A stretch of 64,000 bases of DNA from an uncultured Acidobacteriota bacterium (lineage in GTDB: Bacteria > Acidobacteriota > UBA6911): positions 96,001 to 160,000 of the forward strand of contig CAWHCF010000002.1 in the NCBI GenBank assembly GCA_963827655.1. Direction: 5' to 3'. The notes under the pieces are model-generated. The model did not search any database and was not told the DNA's origin. It saw only the letters and a program-made list of their open reading frames with translations. Below are positions 20,895 to 30,413 of the stretch, in pieces. The first letter of the stretch is position 1. Each line of letters begins with the position of its first letter. Position numbers and translations under genes: made by a program.

Positions 20895-22583
20895 TTATAC
20901 TTCGGCTCCCAGGCCGGTGTTCGCCCGCACGTTGACCTCGCTGTAGCGCGCTTCGGCCGCGCGGTCGCGCCGAGAGAGCAGGGTTCCTGCGATCGCAGCA
21001 AAAAATCCGAGGGGAATCGACACGATTCCGGGATTCTCCAGCGGAAAGATCGGCTCAGCCTGGATGAGGTGCCTGGCCGAAGCCGCGGGAGAATCAATGC
21101 CCATGACCGCCGGGCTGAGAATAATCAGAATCAACGACGCCGCCAGCCCCGTCAGCATTCCGATCACGGTGCCGGTGGTGTTAAAGCGCCGCCAGAAAAG
21201 CGAAAGGATGATGGCCGGCACATTGGCCGAGGCGGCCACCGCAAACGCGAGCCCGACCAGGAATGCCACATTGAGATTCTTGAGAGCGATCCCAAGAATG
21301 ATAGCCAGAGCGCCGACTGCGAACGCGGTCACACGCGCCACCTTGACCTGCTCGCGTTCATCTTCCTTTCCTTTCTTGATGACCATTAACCACAAATCGT
21401 GAGCAAACGCCGAGGAAGCGGCTATCGTCAAACCGGCGACCACCGCCAGAATGGTGGCGAAAGCCACCGCCGCGATGAAGGCGAGAAAGATCTCCCCTCC
21501 AAGCTGCTCGGCCAGTAGCGGGGCGGCAAGGTTGTTGTTCGGGGTCGGGACGATGTAGCCGGATTTGCTCAGTTGTTCGGAAAGCAGAGCAGCCCTATCC
21601 GGATTGGCTGCGATAAACCGGATTGCCGCCTCACCGGACAATCGCACTCCGATATTGGCTCTTCCTACCAGGGTCGCCGCGCCAAAGCCAAGGAAAGTCG
21701 TCATGATGTAAAACGCGCCGATCAAGATCATGGCCCAGACCACGGAAACCCGCGCCGCTCGAGCCGTCGGCACGGTGTAGAAGCGCATCAGGATGTGCGG
21801 CAGCCCCGCAGTGCCGAAAATCAATGCCATCCCAAGGGAGATGAGATCCAGCGGTCCGTAGATTCCGTTGTAGCGCAAGCCAGGCTGGGTAAAATTCTTG
21901 GTTGCGATGACATTGCCCGCCGCATCGCGTACGGTGCCGGTGACGCTCGCGACTGCCTCGAAGAACTTTACGAATGAGAAGTCGAACCGCGACATGACCA
22001 TCACGCTGAGCACAATGGTGCCTGCCATCAGCAGAATGGCTTTGATAATCTGCACCCAGGTTGTCGCCAGCATGCCCCCGAACACCACGTAGATAATCAT
22101 CAGCACGCCCACAATAACGATAGCGGCGTTGAACGAGATCTCGGGAATCAGGAGATTGACCAGCGAGCCGGCGCCTACCATCTGGGCAATCATGTAGAAC
22201 AGGCTGACGACAAGGGTCGAAACGGCAGCCACCGAGCGAACCGAGGGATGAGCCAGCCGGTAAGCCAGCACGTCGGCCATGGTGTATTTACCGGTGTTGC
22301 GCAGCGGCTCGGCCACAAGCAACAGGACCGTCAAGTAGGCCACTAACCACCCTACCGAGTACATGAATCCGTCATAGCCGAAAAAGGCAATCAACCCTGC
22401 GATCCCGAGAAATGAAGCAGCCGACATGTAATCGCCGGCGACCGCGATGCCGTTCTGAAACCCGGTAATTTGACGCCCTGCCGCGTAGAAGTCCCTTGTC
22501 GTGTGGGTCCGCCGCGCCGCCCAGTATGTGATGCTGAGGGTAATCAGAACAAACAGCCCGAACATCACGAGAGTCGTGTTCAT
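20895..22583 (-). CDS. actP: Cation/acetate symporter (SSS family)
   Basis: [57 protein letters not shown]. Confidence 0.9.
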   Translation of the reverse strand: MNTTLVMFGLFVLITLSITYWAARRTHTTRDFYAAGRQITGFQNGIAVAGDYMSAASFLGIAGLIAFFGYDGFMYSVGWLVAYLTVLLLVAEPLRNTGKYTMADVLAYRLAHPSVRSVAAVSTLVVSLFYMIAQMVGAGSLVNLLIPEISFNAAIVIVGVLMIIYVVFGGMLATTWVQIIKAILLMAGTIVLSVMVMSRFDFSFVKFFEAVASVTGTVRDAAGNVIATKNFTQPGLRYNGIYGPLDLISLGMALIFGTAGLPHILMRFYTVPTARAARVSVVWAMILIGAFYIMTTFLGFGAATLVGRANIGVRLSGEAAIRFIAANPDRAALLSEQLSKSGYIVPTPNNNLAAPLLAEQLGGEIFLAFIAAVAFATILAVVAGLTIAASSAFAHDLWLMVIKKGKEDEREQVKVARVTAFAVGALAIILGIALKNLNVAFLVGLAFAVAASANVPAIILSLFWRRFNTTGTVIGMLTGLAASLILIILSPAVMGIDSPAASARHLIQAEPIFPLENPGIVSIPLGFFAAIAGTLLSRRDRAAEARYSEVNVRANTGLGAEV

Positions 22584-23011
22584 CGAGAGACTCCCTTGAC
22601 TCGCTCGACTATTCGGGCAGCCAGCCGGTCGAATACTCCCGCCTCCCGAACGTAGAGGTACGACAGGACCCAGGCCATCAGGAACTGCGAAAGGGCGAAA
22701 AGGTAGGCGAGATTAACGCTGCCGATGACGTTGGTTTCCATCAGCCGCGGCCAATACCCAACCAGTACAGGAAGGGCGAAGTAGTACAGGATGAAAAAAA
22801 CTGTAGCCGGAATGATAAACCTTCTCTTGGCTGCTATCAGTTTCTGGAATTCCGCATCTGCCTCAATGGCCTGCCATTCGGAAGCGTGGCGCAGCGCTTC
22901 CTGCTCCTCGCGCAATTCAAGTTCCTTAAGAGTGTCGTGGTCTTGCGCCTGGGGTTTTCGGGACACGGGGTCTCCTCTGCTCAAGTTTGCCGGCGGATGA
23001 GCGTCGAACAA
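22580..23011 (-). CDS. DUF485 (YjcH-like) small membrane protein; start uncertain
   Basis: [31 protein letters not shown]; overlaps the actP start, as is usual for this pair. Confidence 0.82.
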   Translation of the reverse strand: MFDAHPPANLSRGDPVSRKPQAQDHDTLKELELREEQEALRHASEWQAIEADAEFQKLIAAKRRFIIPATVFFILYYFALPVLVGYWPRLMETNVIGSVNLAYLFALSQFLMAWVLSYLYVREAGVFDRLAARIVERVKGVSR

Positions 23012-23087
23012 AAGGGGTAATTATCAGCGATTCCACGCTCCCCATCAAGAGTCGTCGTGTCTTCGTGTCTTTGTCGGTATTTGTTCC

Positions 23088-24380
23088 CTAGCCTTCGACT
23101 GGCCGCGTGGGATCGATCTTCAACCACAACAGCGCCGCGACCAGACACAGAGCGCTTCCCAGCAGAAACCCGGGAGTCCAGCTTTCGAAAGCCTGGAGCA
23201 TCCAGGCGAAGACGATCGGGGAAAGAGCGCCCCCGACGTTACCAAACGTATTCATCAGGCCCGAAACCTTTCCGGCATGGTCGCGCCCGATGTCGAGCGG
23301 AACAGCCCACGAGACCCCGGTCGTCAGCTCGAGGCCTGCCACCGCGATCGACATGAAAACAATCGCCGCCGTGGGGCTCGTGGCCAGGATTCCCAACGCG
23401 ACGAAAGCCACCCCGATACCAAAACCGGCCACCGCAACTATCCTTCGGCTCGACCTCAGATTTCCGGTCCGCAGGTAGAGCTGGTCCGAGAGCCAGCCGC
23501 CCAGCGTGTTGGTGATGGTTCCGGCCAGCAGCGGCGCGCCGGCGTAGAGACTGGCCTTCAGAAGGCTGAAGTGGCGCACCTCTGTGAAATAGGTTGGCAG
23601 CCAGTTCAAGAATATCCAAAGCACGTACCCGTAACAGAAGTACATCACGCATAGACACCAGGTATTCGGACTGCCCAGAAGTTTGCGCCAGGCCAGCGGC
23701 GCCGCGGAGAACACCGGCGACCTGCCTGCATGAATCCACTCGAGCTCCGACTGCGACACCCCGGGGTGGTCCTCCGGGCGGTCGCGGTACCAGAAGAACC
23801 AGAGAATGGCCCAGACGATGCCGGCAACTCCGAATAACGCGAACGCGGCGCGCCAACCCCAGACGGCCATCAAGGCTACCGTGGCCGCGGGGGTCAGGCT
23901 GCCGGCCAAACGCGATCCTGAGTGCGTGATTCCCTGCGCAAATCCGCGCTCAGAAGCGGCGAGCCAGCGAGAAAAGGCTCGAGTCGCGCTCGGAAAGGCC
24001 CCCGCCTGTCCTACACCAAACAGGAATCGGATCACCATCAGGGATGCCGCGTTCCAGGCGAACCCGGTGAGAGCCGTGAAGGCCGACCACCAGAGAACGA
24101 TGGCTGAGAGCATCCGCCGCGGGCCGATCCGGTCGACTAACCATCCTGCCGGCACCTGAAAAAGCCCGTAGCCCCAACCGAAGAGACTGAACACCAGCCC
24201 CATGGTCCAGTTATCGAACCCGAACTCTCTCTTGATGACAGGAGCGGCAGCCGCGATGCAGACCCGGTCCATGTACGTGATGGCATAGAGCAGCACGCTC
24301 ATCCACAGCACCTGATAGCGAACCGACGAACGGAGCTCGGTTTCGGCTGCGGCGGGCTGGTTCACCCTCAGTTCTTTCAT
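23088..24380 (-). CDS. MFS transporter, ACS family (sugar-acid transporter-like)
   Basis: ITYMDR, GWLVDRIGPR, RFLFGVGQAGAFP, GLMNTFGN. Confidence 0.88.
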   Translation of the reverse strand: MKELRVNQPAAAETELRSSVRYQVLWMSVLLYAITYMDRVCIAAAAPVIKREFGFDNWTMGLVFSLFGWGYGLFQVPAGWLVDRIGPRRMLSAIVLWWSAFTALTGFAWNAASLMVIRFLFGVGQAGAFPSATRAFSRWLAASERGFAQGITHSGSRLAGSLTPAATVALMAVWGWRAAFALFGVAGIVWAILWFFWYRDRPEDHPGVSQSELEWIHAGRSPVFSAAPLAWRKLLGSPNTWCLCVMYFCYGYVLWIFLNWLPTYFTEVRHFSLLKASLYAGAPLLAGTITNTLGGWLSDQLYLRTGNLRSSRRIVAVAGFGIGVAFVALGILATSPTAAIVFMSIAVAGLELTTGVSWAVPLDIGRDHAGKVSGLMNTFGNVGGALSPIVFAWMLQAFESWTPGFLLGSALCLVAALLWLKIDPTRPVEG

Positions 24381-24679
24381 CGGCCTCTGTTATTTCAAAG
24401 GCTTCTGCCGGAGTCAAAACTTTTCGCATGTGAACCTTCGAGATTCCTCAATCGGAATCTCATTCTATGTCTGGATGCTTGTGCAGAATTTCACGATCTC
24501 ATCCAAAGCCCCTCGGCGCTCGCCAAGAGTGGTCCATTGGGCCCGCGCCAAATGCGAGTGCATTTGCCCGCGCACAGGCAGTCAGAAATGAGTCAAATGA
24601 CACGTGGAAAATTCGCTCCGTTGCCGGATTCAGTCTTGACCTTTTAAAATGTTCTTAACTTCCGCCCGTCGGTTGTGAT

Positions 24680-24844
24680 ATACAACGCCCCATTCGCGAG
24701 TCAGTTAATAACCGTCCTTAGGGTTCACTTTGATCTGACGATCACCGGTTGCGGCAACGTGGGACGCCAAAGAAAACCTCAAACTACCTGGTCCGCAGGT
24801 TTAAACATACACCGCTGTATTCGCGAGTCGGCAGTAACCGTCCT
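24680..24844 (+). repeat. Two imperfect ~39-bp direct repeats in a long intergenic region
   Basis: attcgcgagtcagttaataaccgtcct (24692-24718) and attcgcgagtcggcagtaaccgtcct (24819-24844), each preceded by ataca(a/c)cgc. Confidence 0.7.
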
Positions 24845-25202
24845 CATGGCTTGACGTTCCTCGCATCAAGTCAATAGTTTTTCTCTCCCCCTCAACATTG
24901 CTAGGAAAAGGAGTTCACGCGGCGACGTACTCTTCGCCAGCTTCAGTCAGTGCAACTGCACGCGTGATGGGTTGCGGCCTGCAGCCTTGAGGGTGCGGCT
25001 GGCATCGGGCTCGCTCAGATTAACCTGGAGGCGTGACCGGTTGGGCTGAAACAGGGTCTTCTTGATTCTTTATGATGGCTGGGTCTCAATGGCTTGAGGC
25101 TTTGCCGTCCTGGTAGCGCCGGTAGCTTAGCCGTGCTGGCGCTCCTTCTTTCAACAGAGGCTGCGCCTCCAAACCGAGGCATAGCCTCGAAGGAGGTGAC
25201 AC

Positions 25203-26618
25203 ATGCTTCGTAGACGGATCGCCTTGGCGGTTTTGTTCTCAGCGATCGCCGCTTTGGCTGCGACGGGCTGTAACCCGTCCGCCAAACAAACGGAACAGCG
25301 GCCAGGCGCCGCACCGACCGGGCGGCAATTCAGGCCGCCCTATTATGTGTTCAGCCCAGATGTGCCGCCCGATATCGTCACACAGGATGTCGGCGCCATC
25401 GGGTTTCAACCCTTTGTAGATAACCTGGCCTGGGACTCGTTTATCGCGCTCAATTGGCCCGTCCCGGACCCGATCACGCAACGCGGGGTCCCGGATCGCC
25501 AGAACGTCATCGGAGGTTTTCTCAGCACCGGAGAGGGTGGAAAGAAATCCCTGCCTATCGGCCCTACCGTCTGGGAGACTTACAAGGACACCGATGACAT
25601 CTTTCTCAATCCGCCGGTAAAGCCTTCGTCCTTCGACACTCCTGAAAGCATCCCGCCCCCCTGCATAGTTCCCGCAAGCGGAAACTCGGCCGCTGCCCGT
25701 CGTACCCTGACTCAAATCGCGAAGGTCTCAGACGTGCTCAAGGAATTCCAGGAGGCGTTCACCGGGTTCCCATTGATAGACCAGAACGGTGAGTACGTCT
25801 GGTACGAAGTGAAGGTCAACCAGGCGTACTACGACTATGTCGTGAACAACGGTTTCTTCAACAGCGCGAACCAGACGGGCAAGGTGATCTCGTTTCCCTC
25901 GTCATCCAACACTACCCGCGATGTGCCCGCGATCAAGATCAAGGCAGCCTGGAAAATAATGGGCGGGTCCGGGAGCCGGCAGCCCGATGACCCTACCAGG
26001 TTCTACACAACATGGGCTTTCGTCTATAACCCTGATACGGGCCAGTGCGCCGCAAAACAGGTGGGTCTTGTGGGACTGCATATCGTGATGAAGACGGCGC
26101 TGCTGCCGCAGTGGAACTGGGCGACCTTTGAGCACGTGGACAACGCGCCTGACCAGCAGGGAGGGCCCGTGCCTGGAAAGAAGTACAACTTCTTCAGCTC
26201 AACCTGCGCAGGTTGCCCGTTCAATAAACCACCAACCAAGCCAAACATGCCGACACAGGTAGTGCGCTTGATTCAGGTCAGCAGCATAGCTCCGAACAGT
26301 GTCTATCAGGGTGCGCTCACATCGCTGCGCCCGGACAACGTCTGGCAGTACTACATGCTTGTTGACTCGCAGTGGTCCGGCACACGCACTCCCGTTGGCG
26401 TTCCGACCCAGCCCAAGTACCTGGCCAACGCGTCGCTGGAGACCTATCTGCAGGGCGCGGTAGACGACCCCAAGGCCCCGCACGGCTGCATCAACTGCCA
26501 CGGAACGTTTGCCGCCACAAAAGATTTGGATTTTCAGTTGTTCAAGGCGTATCCGCGATCGACGAGCCTGATCAAGGACATCCTCAAGGCGCATGGGCAA
26601 GCGCCTGCACCTAGGTAG
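25203..26618 (+). CDS. Lipoprotein with C-terminal CxxCH heme-c motif
   Basis: Lipobox ATGC; AWDSFIALNWP, VWETYK, GLVGLHI, WATFEHVDN; CINCH. Confidence 0.75.
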   Translation: MLRRRIALAVLFSAIAALAATGCNPSAKQTEQRPGAAPTGRQFRPPYYVFSPDVPPDIVTQDVGAIGFQPFVDNLAWDSFIALNWPVPDPITQRGVPDRQNVIGGFLSTGEGGKKSLPIGPTVWETYKDTDDIFLNPPVKPSSFDTPESIPPPCIVPASGNSAAARRTLTQIAKVSDVLKEFQEAFTGFPLIDQNGEYVWYEVKVNQAYYDYVVNNGFFNSANQTGKVISFPSSSNTTRDVPAIKIKAAWKIMGGSGSRQPDDPTRFYTTWAFVYNPDTGQCAAKQVGLVGLHIVMKTALLPQWNWATFEHVDNAPDQQGGPVPGKKYNFFSSTCAGCPFNKPPTKPNMPTQVVRLIQVSSIAPNSVYQGALTSLRPDNVWQYYMLVDSQWSGTRTPVGVPTQPKYLANASLETYLQGAVDDPKAPHGCINCHGTFAATKDLDFQLFKAYPRSTSLIKDILKAHGQAPAPR

Positions 26619-26857
26619 TGCTCTTAGAGTTTCTTTGTGTCTTCGTGTCTTTGTGGTTAGAGCTGTCTAACAAATACCACGAAGACTCAAAGACACGAAG
26701 AAACACCAAGAATCTTGCCAAAAAAGCAAGAAGTTACGGCGTAGTAATACAAGGACACGAAGAAGAAAAATCATCCTGGCCAGTTAATATCGAAGCGCCT
26801 ATAATGATCACTTCTTCCTGGCAATCGCGGCGTCTTATTCCCTTTCAGGAGCAAATT

Positions 26858-29800
26858 ATGCATATTCGTGTCTCCATCACACTCGGTCAATTCCTTCTCC
26901 TCGCCGCCATTGCCGCTGCGCAGGATCCCCGAGGCACCATCCTCGGGCGGGTCACCGACTCCACGGGCGCCGTCATGCCCGGAGTCGAGGTGCGGGCGAC
27001 AAGCACTGCTACCAATGTGAAGGCGTCGGCCGTGACTAATGATGGAGGAAGCTACAACATCCCCTTTCTTCTTCCCGGCACCTACAGTATCCGCGCCGAA
27101 CTGTCCGGCTTCAAAAAATTCGCGCAGGATAACGTTCAGGTGCGTGTGAGCGAGACCGTGGAGTTGAACTTTCGGATGGAAATCGGGGAGCTTACCGAAA
27201 CAGTCACTGCTACGGCCGAAAGCCCCGTGCTCGACACGGCCGGATCGTCTCTCGGTCAGGTAGTGGACCAGCGGCGAGTGCTCGAGCTGCCTCTTTTCGC
27301 CGGCAACCCGATGGAGCTAACGCTGCTGACTCCGGGAGTCGCCAACGCCACCGACATGCGGCTTCGGAAGGCGGCCTTCAATAACGCTCCCTCGCAGATC
27401 GCCACCGACGGAAACGGCCAATACAACAATGAGTTTCAAATCGACGGTGTTTCGAATACCTTCGCCGCGGGCAATGGCACCGCCCGGGTCGCCTTCAGTC
27501 CACCCGCGACCGCGATCAGCGAATTCAAGATGCAGACCACTCCGTACGACGCGAGCGTCGGCCACACGATCGGGGCGGTCACCAACGTCAGCACCGCCGG
27601 GGGCACGAACACGCTGCACGGCGAGGCGCACTTCTGGGAGCGCAACAGCGCCTTCGATGCGCCGAATTTCTTCAACAACAAGAACAACACCGAGCCGCCG
27701 GTCTATCAGGACCACCGCTATGGCGCCTCGGCGGGCGGGCCGGTCTGGATCCCCGGACTTTATGAGGGGAAGAACCGGACCTTCTGGTACTACGCCTGGG
27801 AGGCCAACAAATGGGGCGTCCCGAGCGCGTCGACCAGCACCGTGCCGACGGCCGCTCAGCGCGCCGGCGATTTCTCGGAGTTGTTGAGATTGGGCAACCA
27901 GTACCAGATCTACGATCCTCTGACCACGCGGGCCGAAGCCGGAGGCCGCTTCAGCCGGCAGCCCTTTCCCGGCAACATCATCCCTCAGAACCGGCTCGAT
28001 CCGGTGGGACAGAAGCTGGTCAATTTCTTCCCGCTGCCGAACCAGCCGGGAACCGTCGACGGCCGCAACAATTTCTTTTTCACCTACAAGGCGCTCGAGG
28101 ACTATTACGTTCACCTGGTCCGGGTCGACCACGCGTTCAGCGACAAGCATCGACTGTTCGCGCGCGTGCACTACGACTTCTGGGAGGAGGACAAGAACGA
28201 CATCTTCGGTAATCGGGTCAACAGCTTGATCCTGAACCGCATCAACCGCGGCTTTGCCTTCGACGACGTCTACGTCCTGAACTCGAAGATGGTCCTCAAC
28301 ATACGCTACGGCCTGACGAGCCAGGACTTTCCCGAGCGCCGGGCGAGCCAGGGGTTCGACCTGTCCTCGCTGGGCTTTTCGCCCTCGCTGGTTTCACTCG
28401 TCGACAAGAGCGTCGCCACGATTCCTCGCACGGCGGCCGGCGGTTACACGCGCTTCGCTAACTGGGAGAGCGGCGACGGCACCAATACCAGCCTGACCCA
28501 CAGCCTCACCGGCAACGTCACGCGTCTGGAGGGGAGCCATAACTTGAAGTTCGGAGTGGATGCCCGTGTCTACCGCGCCTTCGGCAACCGCTTCCAGCTC
28601 TCGACGTCGCCCGATCTCGAGTACAACAGTAACTACACGCGCGGACCGCTCGACAACTCGACCACGGCACCGATCGGCCAGGAGCTGGCCGCGATGCTGC
28701 TCGGCGTCCCGGCCGGCTCGATGGCTCGTTCGGCGAGCTTCGCCATGCAGGACACGTTCTACGGCCTCTACCTGCACGACGACTGGAAGGTCAACTCGCG
28801 TCTGACACTCAACCTCGGTCTGCGCTGGGAGCTCGAGACGCCGATTACCGAACGCTTCGACCGGCTCGTGGGCGGCTTCGCCTACGGACAACCGAACCCG
28901 ATCGAGGCGGAGGCCCAGGCCAACTACGCCCGCAATCCGATCCCGGAGATCGATCCGTCCGCATTCCGGGTTCTCGGCGGACTCATGTTCCTGAACCAGG
29001 GAGGCCTCGAGCGCAGCCCGTTTTATGGCGAGAAGAACAACTTCCAGCCCAGGATCGGTTTCGCCTATCAGCTTACCCGGGGAACGGTGCTGCGCGGCGG
29101 CTACGGCATCTTCCACGACACCATCGGGACCAACAGCAACACCGCGCTCCAATCCGGCTTCTCGCAGACCACTCCGATCCAGGCATCGCTCGACAACGGT
29201 CTGACCTATGTCGCGAACAACGTGAATCCGTTCCCGACCGGGCTGCTCAGCCCGCTCGGCCCGGCGGGAGGGCTGCGCACCAACCTGGGCCAGGCGCTGA
29301 CATTCTATGACACCAACCTGCTCCAACCCTACGCGCAACGCTGGTCGCTCGGGATCCAGCAGATGCTGCCGTCTCAGTTCCTGACCGAGGCGACTTACGT
29401 CGGCAACCGCGGAACCCGCCTCGGCGCCAGCCGCAACATCAACGCCACGCCCGCGCAGTACCTGAGCACCAGGCCGACCCGCGACCAGGCGACCATCGAC
29501 TATCTCTCGGCGACATTTGTTAGTCCGTTTGCCGGGATCGACCCGATTTACCCCGCCCGCACGTCGCGCGAGAGCCTGCTTCGCCCCTATCCGCACTTCG
29601 GCGCCGTCAACGTCGAGGAGCCGACCGGCTACTCCTGGTACCACTCGCTGCAGGCGCGCCTCGAGCGCCGCTTCGCGCAGGGGTTCACTTTCCAGCTCGG
29701 CTACACCTGGTCGAAGCTGATGGAAGCGGTCGAGTTCCTGAACGCGAGCGATCCAATGCCGTCGGAGGTGATTGGCTCTTTCGATCGCACGCACCGTCTG

Positions 29801-30319
29801 GCGATGAGCGGCATCTGGGAAATTCCGGTTGGCCGCGGGCGCCGCTACGGCGGGCAGTTGCCGACGCTCGTCAACGGCATCGTCGGCGGCTGGCAGCTCA
29901 ACGGCGTGGTGACGCGCCAGTCGGGGGCTCCGCTCGGCTTCGGCAATGCCATCTTCACCGGCGATTTGAACGACATCGTCTTGCCGAAAAGCGAGCGCGA
30001 CGTCGACCGCTGGTTCAACGTCGATGCCGGATTCAACAAGAACACGGCCCAGCAGCTCGGCAGCAACATCCGCACCATGCCGTTGCGCTTCAGCGGCATC
30101 CGCAGCGACGATCAGTCGCGCTGGGATTTCTCGATCATCAAGAACTTCCCGTTCGGCGAGCAAATCAAAATGCAGCTTCGCGCCGAGGTGTTCAACGCCT
30201 GGAACCAGACGAACTTCGGCAATCCGAATACGACCCCGACCAACTCGGCCTTCGGCCGCATCACTGCCACGTCCGGGGACGCGCGCACCTGGCAGTTCGC
30301 GCTGAAGCTGGTTTTTTGA
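26858..30319 (+). CDS. TonB-dependent receptor, Oar-like with carboxypeptidase-regulatory-like N-domain
   Basis: GTILGRVTDSTGAV, LTLNLGLRWE, NFQPRIGFAY, terminal WQFALKLVF. Confidence 0.92.
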   Translation: MHIRVSITLGQFLLLAAIAAAQDPRGTILGRVTDSTGAVMPGVEVRATSTATNVKASAVTNDGGSYNIPFLLPGTYSIRAELSGFKKFAQDNVQVRVSETVELNFRMEIGELTETVTATAESPVLDTAGSSLGQVVDQRRVLELPLFAGNPMELTLLTPGVANATDMRLRKAAFNNAPSQIATDGNGQYNNEFQIDGVSNTFAAGNGTARVAFSPPATAISEFKMQTTPYDASVGHTIGAVTNVSTAGGTNTLHGEAHFWERNSAFDAPNFFNNKNNTEPPVYQDHRYGASAGGPVWIPGLYEGKNRTFWYYAWEANKWGVPSASTSTVPTAAQRAGDFSELLRLGNQYQIYDPLTTRAEAGGRFSRQPFPGNIIPQNRLDPVGQKLVNFFPLPNQPGTVDGRNNFFFTYKALEDYYVHLVRVDHAFSDKHRLFARVHYDFWEEDKNDIFGNRVNSLILNRINRGFAFDDVYVLNSKMVLNIRYGLTSQDFPERRASQGFDLSSLGFSPSLVSLVDKSVATIPRTAAGGYTRFANWESGDGTNTSLTHSLTGNVTRLEGSHNLKFGVDARVYRAFGNRFQLSTSPDLEYNSNYTRGPLDNSTTAPIGQELAAMLLGVPAGSMARSASFAMQDTFYGLYLHDDWKVNSRLTLNLGLRWELETPITERFDRLVGGFAYGQPNPIEAEAQANYARNPIPEIDPSAFRVLGGLMFLNQGGLERSPFYGEKNNFQPRIGFAYQLTRGTVLRGGYGIFHDTIGTNSNTALQSGFSQTTPIQASLDNGLTYVANNVNPFPTGLLSPLGPAGGLRTNLGQALTFYDTNLLQPYAQRWSLGIQQMLPSQFLTEATYVGNRGTRLGASRNINATPAQYLSTRPTRDQATIDYLSATFVSPFAGIDPIYPARTSRESLLRPYPHFGAVNVEEPTGYSWYHSLQARLERRFAQGFTFQLGYTWSKLMEAVEFLNASDPMPSEVIGSFDRTHRLAMSGIWEIPVGRGRRYGGQLPTLVNGIVGGWQLNGVVTRQSGAPLGFGNAIFTGDLNDIVLPKSERDVDRWFNVDAGFNKNTAQQLGSNIRTMPLRFSGIRSDDQSRWDFSIIKNFPFGEQIKMQLRAEVFNAWNQTNFGNPNTTPTNSAFGRITATSGDARTWQFALKLVF

Positions 30320-30329
30320 GGAATCTTCT

Positions 30330-30400
30330 GACCACGAAGACGCGAAGACACCAAGAAACATCAGACGCCGCTTGATTGCGTCGCGCTGTGTCCTGGTGGC
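30330..30400 (+). repeat. 8-mer-periodic intergenic element (copy 3' of the kinase gene)
   Basis: accacgaagacgcgaagacaccaagaaacatcagacgccgcttgattgcgtc; a related copy in the same orientation lies at 33674-33772. Confidence 0.75.
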
Positions 30401-30413
30401 TTTTTTCCTTTCG

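Noticed and set aside
24740-24800. c-di-GMP-I riboswitch (gtgggacgccaaag; also gggtctaa near 10340)
   Set aside because: Only short partial matches; the GGCAAAC/GAAA-tetraloop P2 architecture is missing.
28394-30361. Long antisense ORFs (also 58236-60221, 52288-53475, 17667-18866, 163-996)
   Set aside because: Shadow frames of well-supported genes in GC-rich DNA, with no recognisable motifs.
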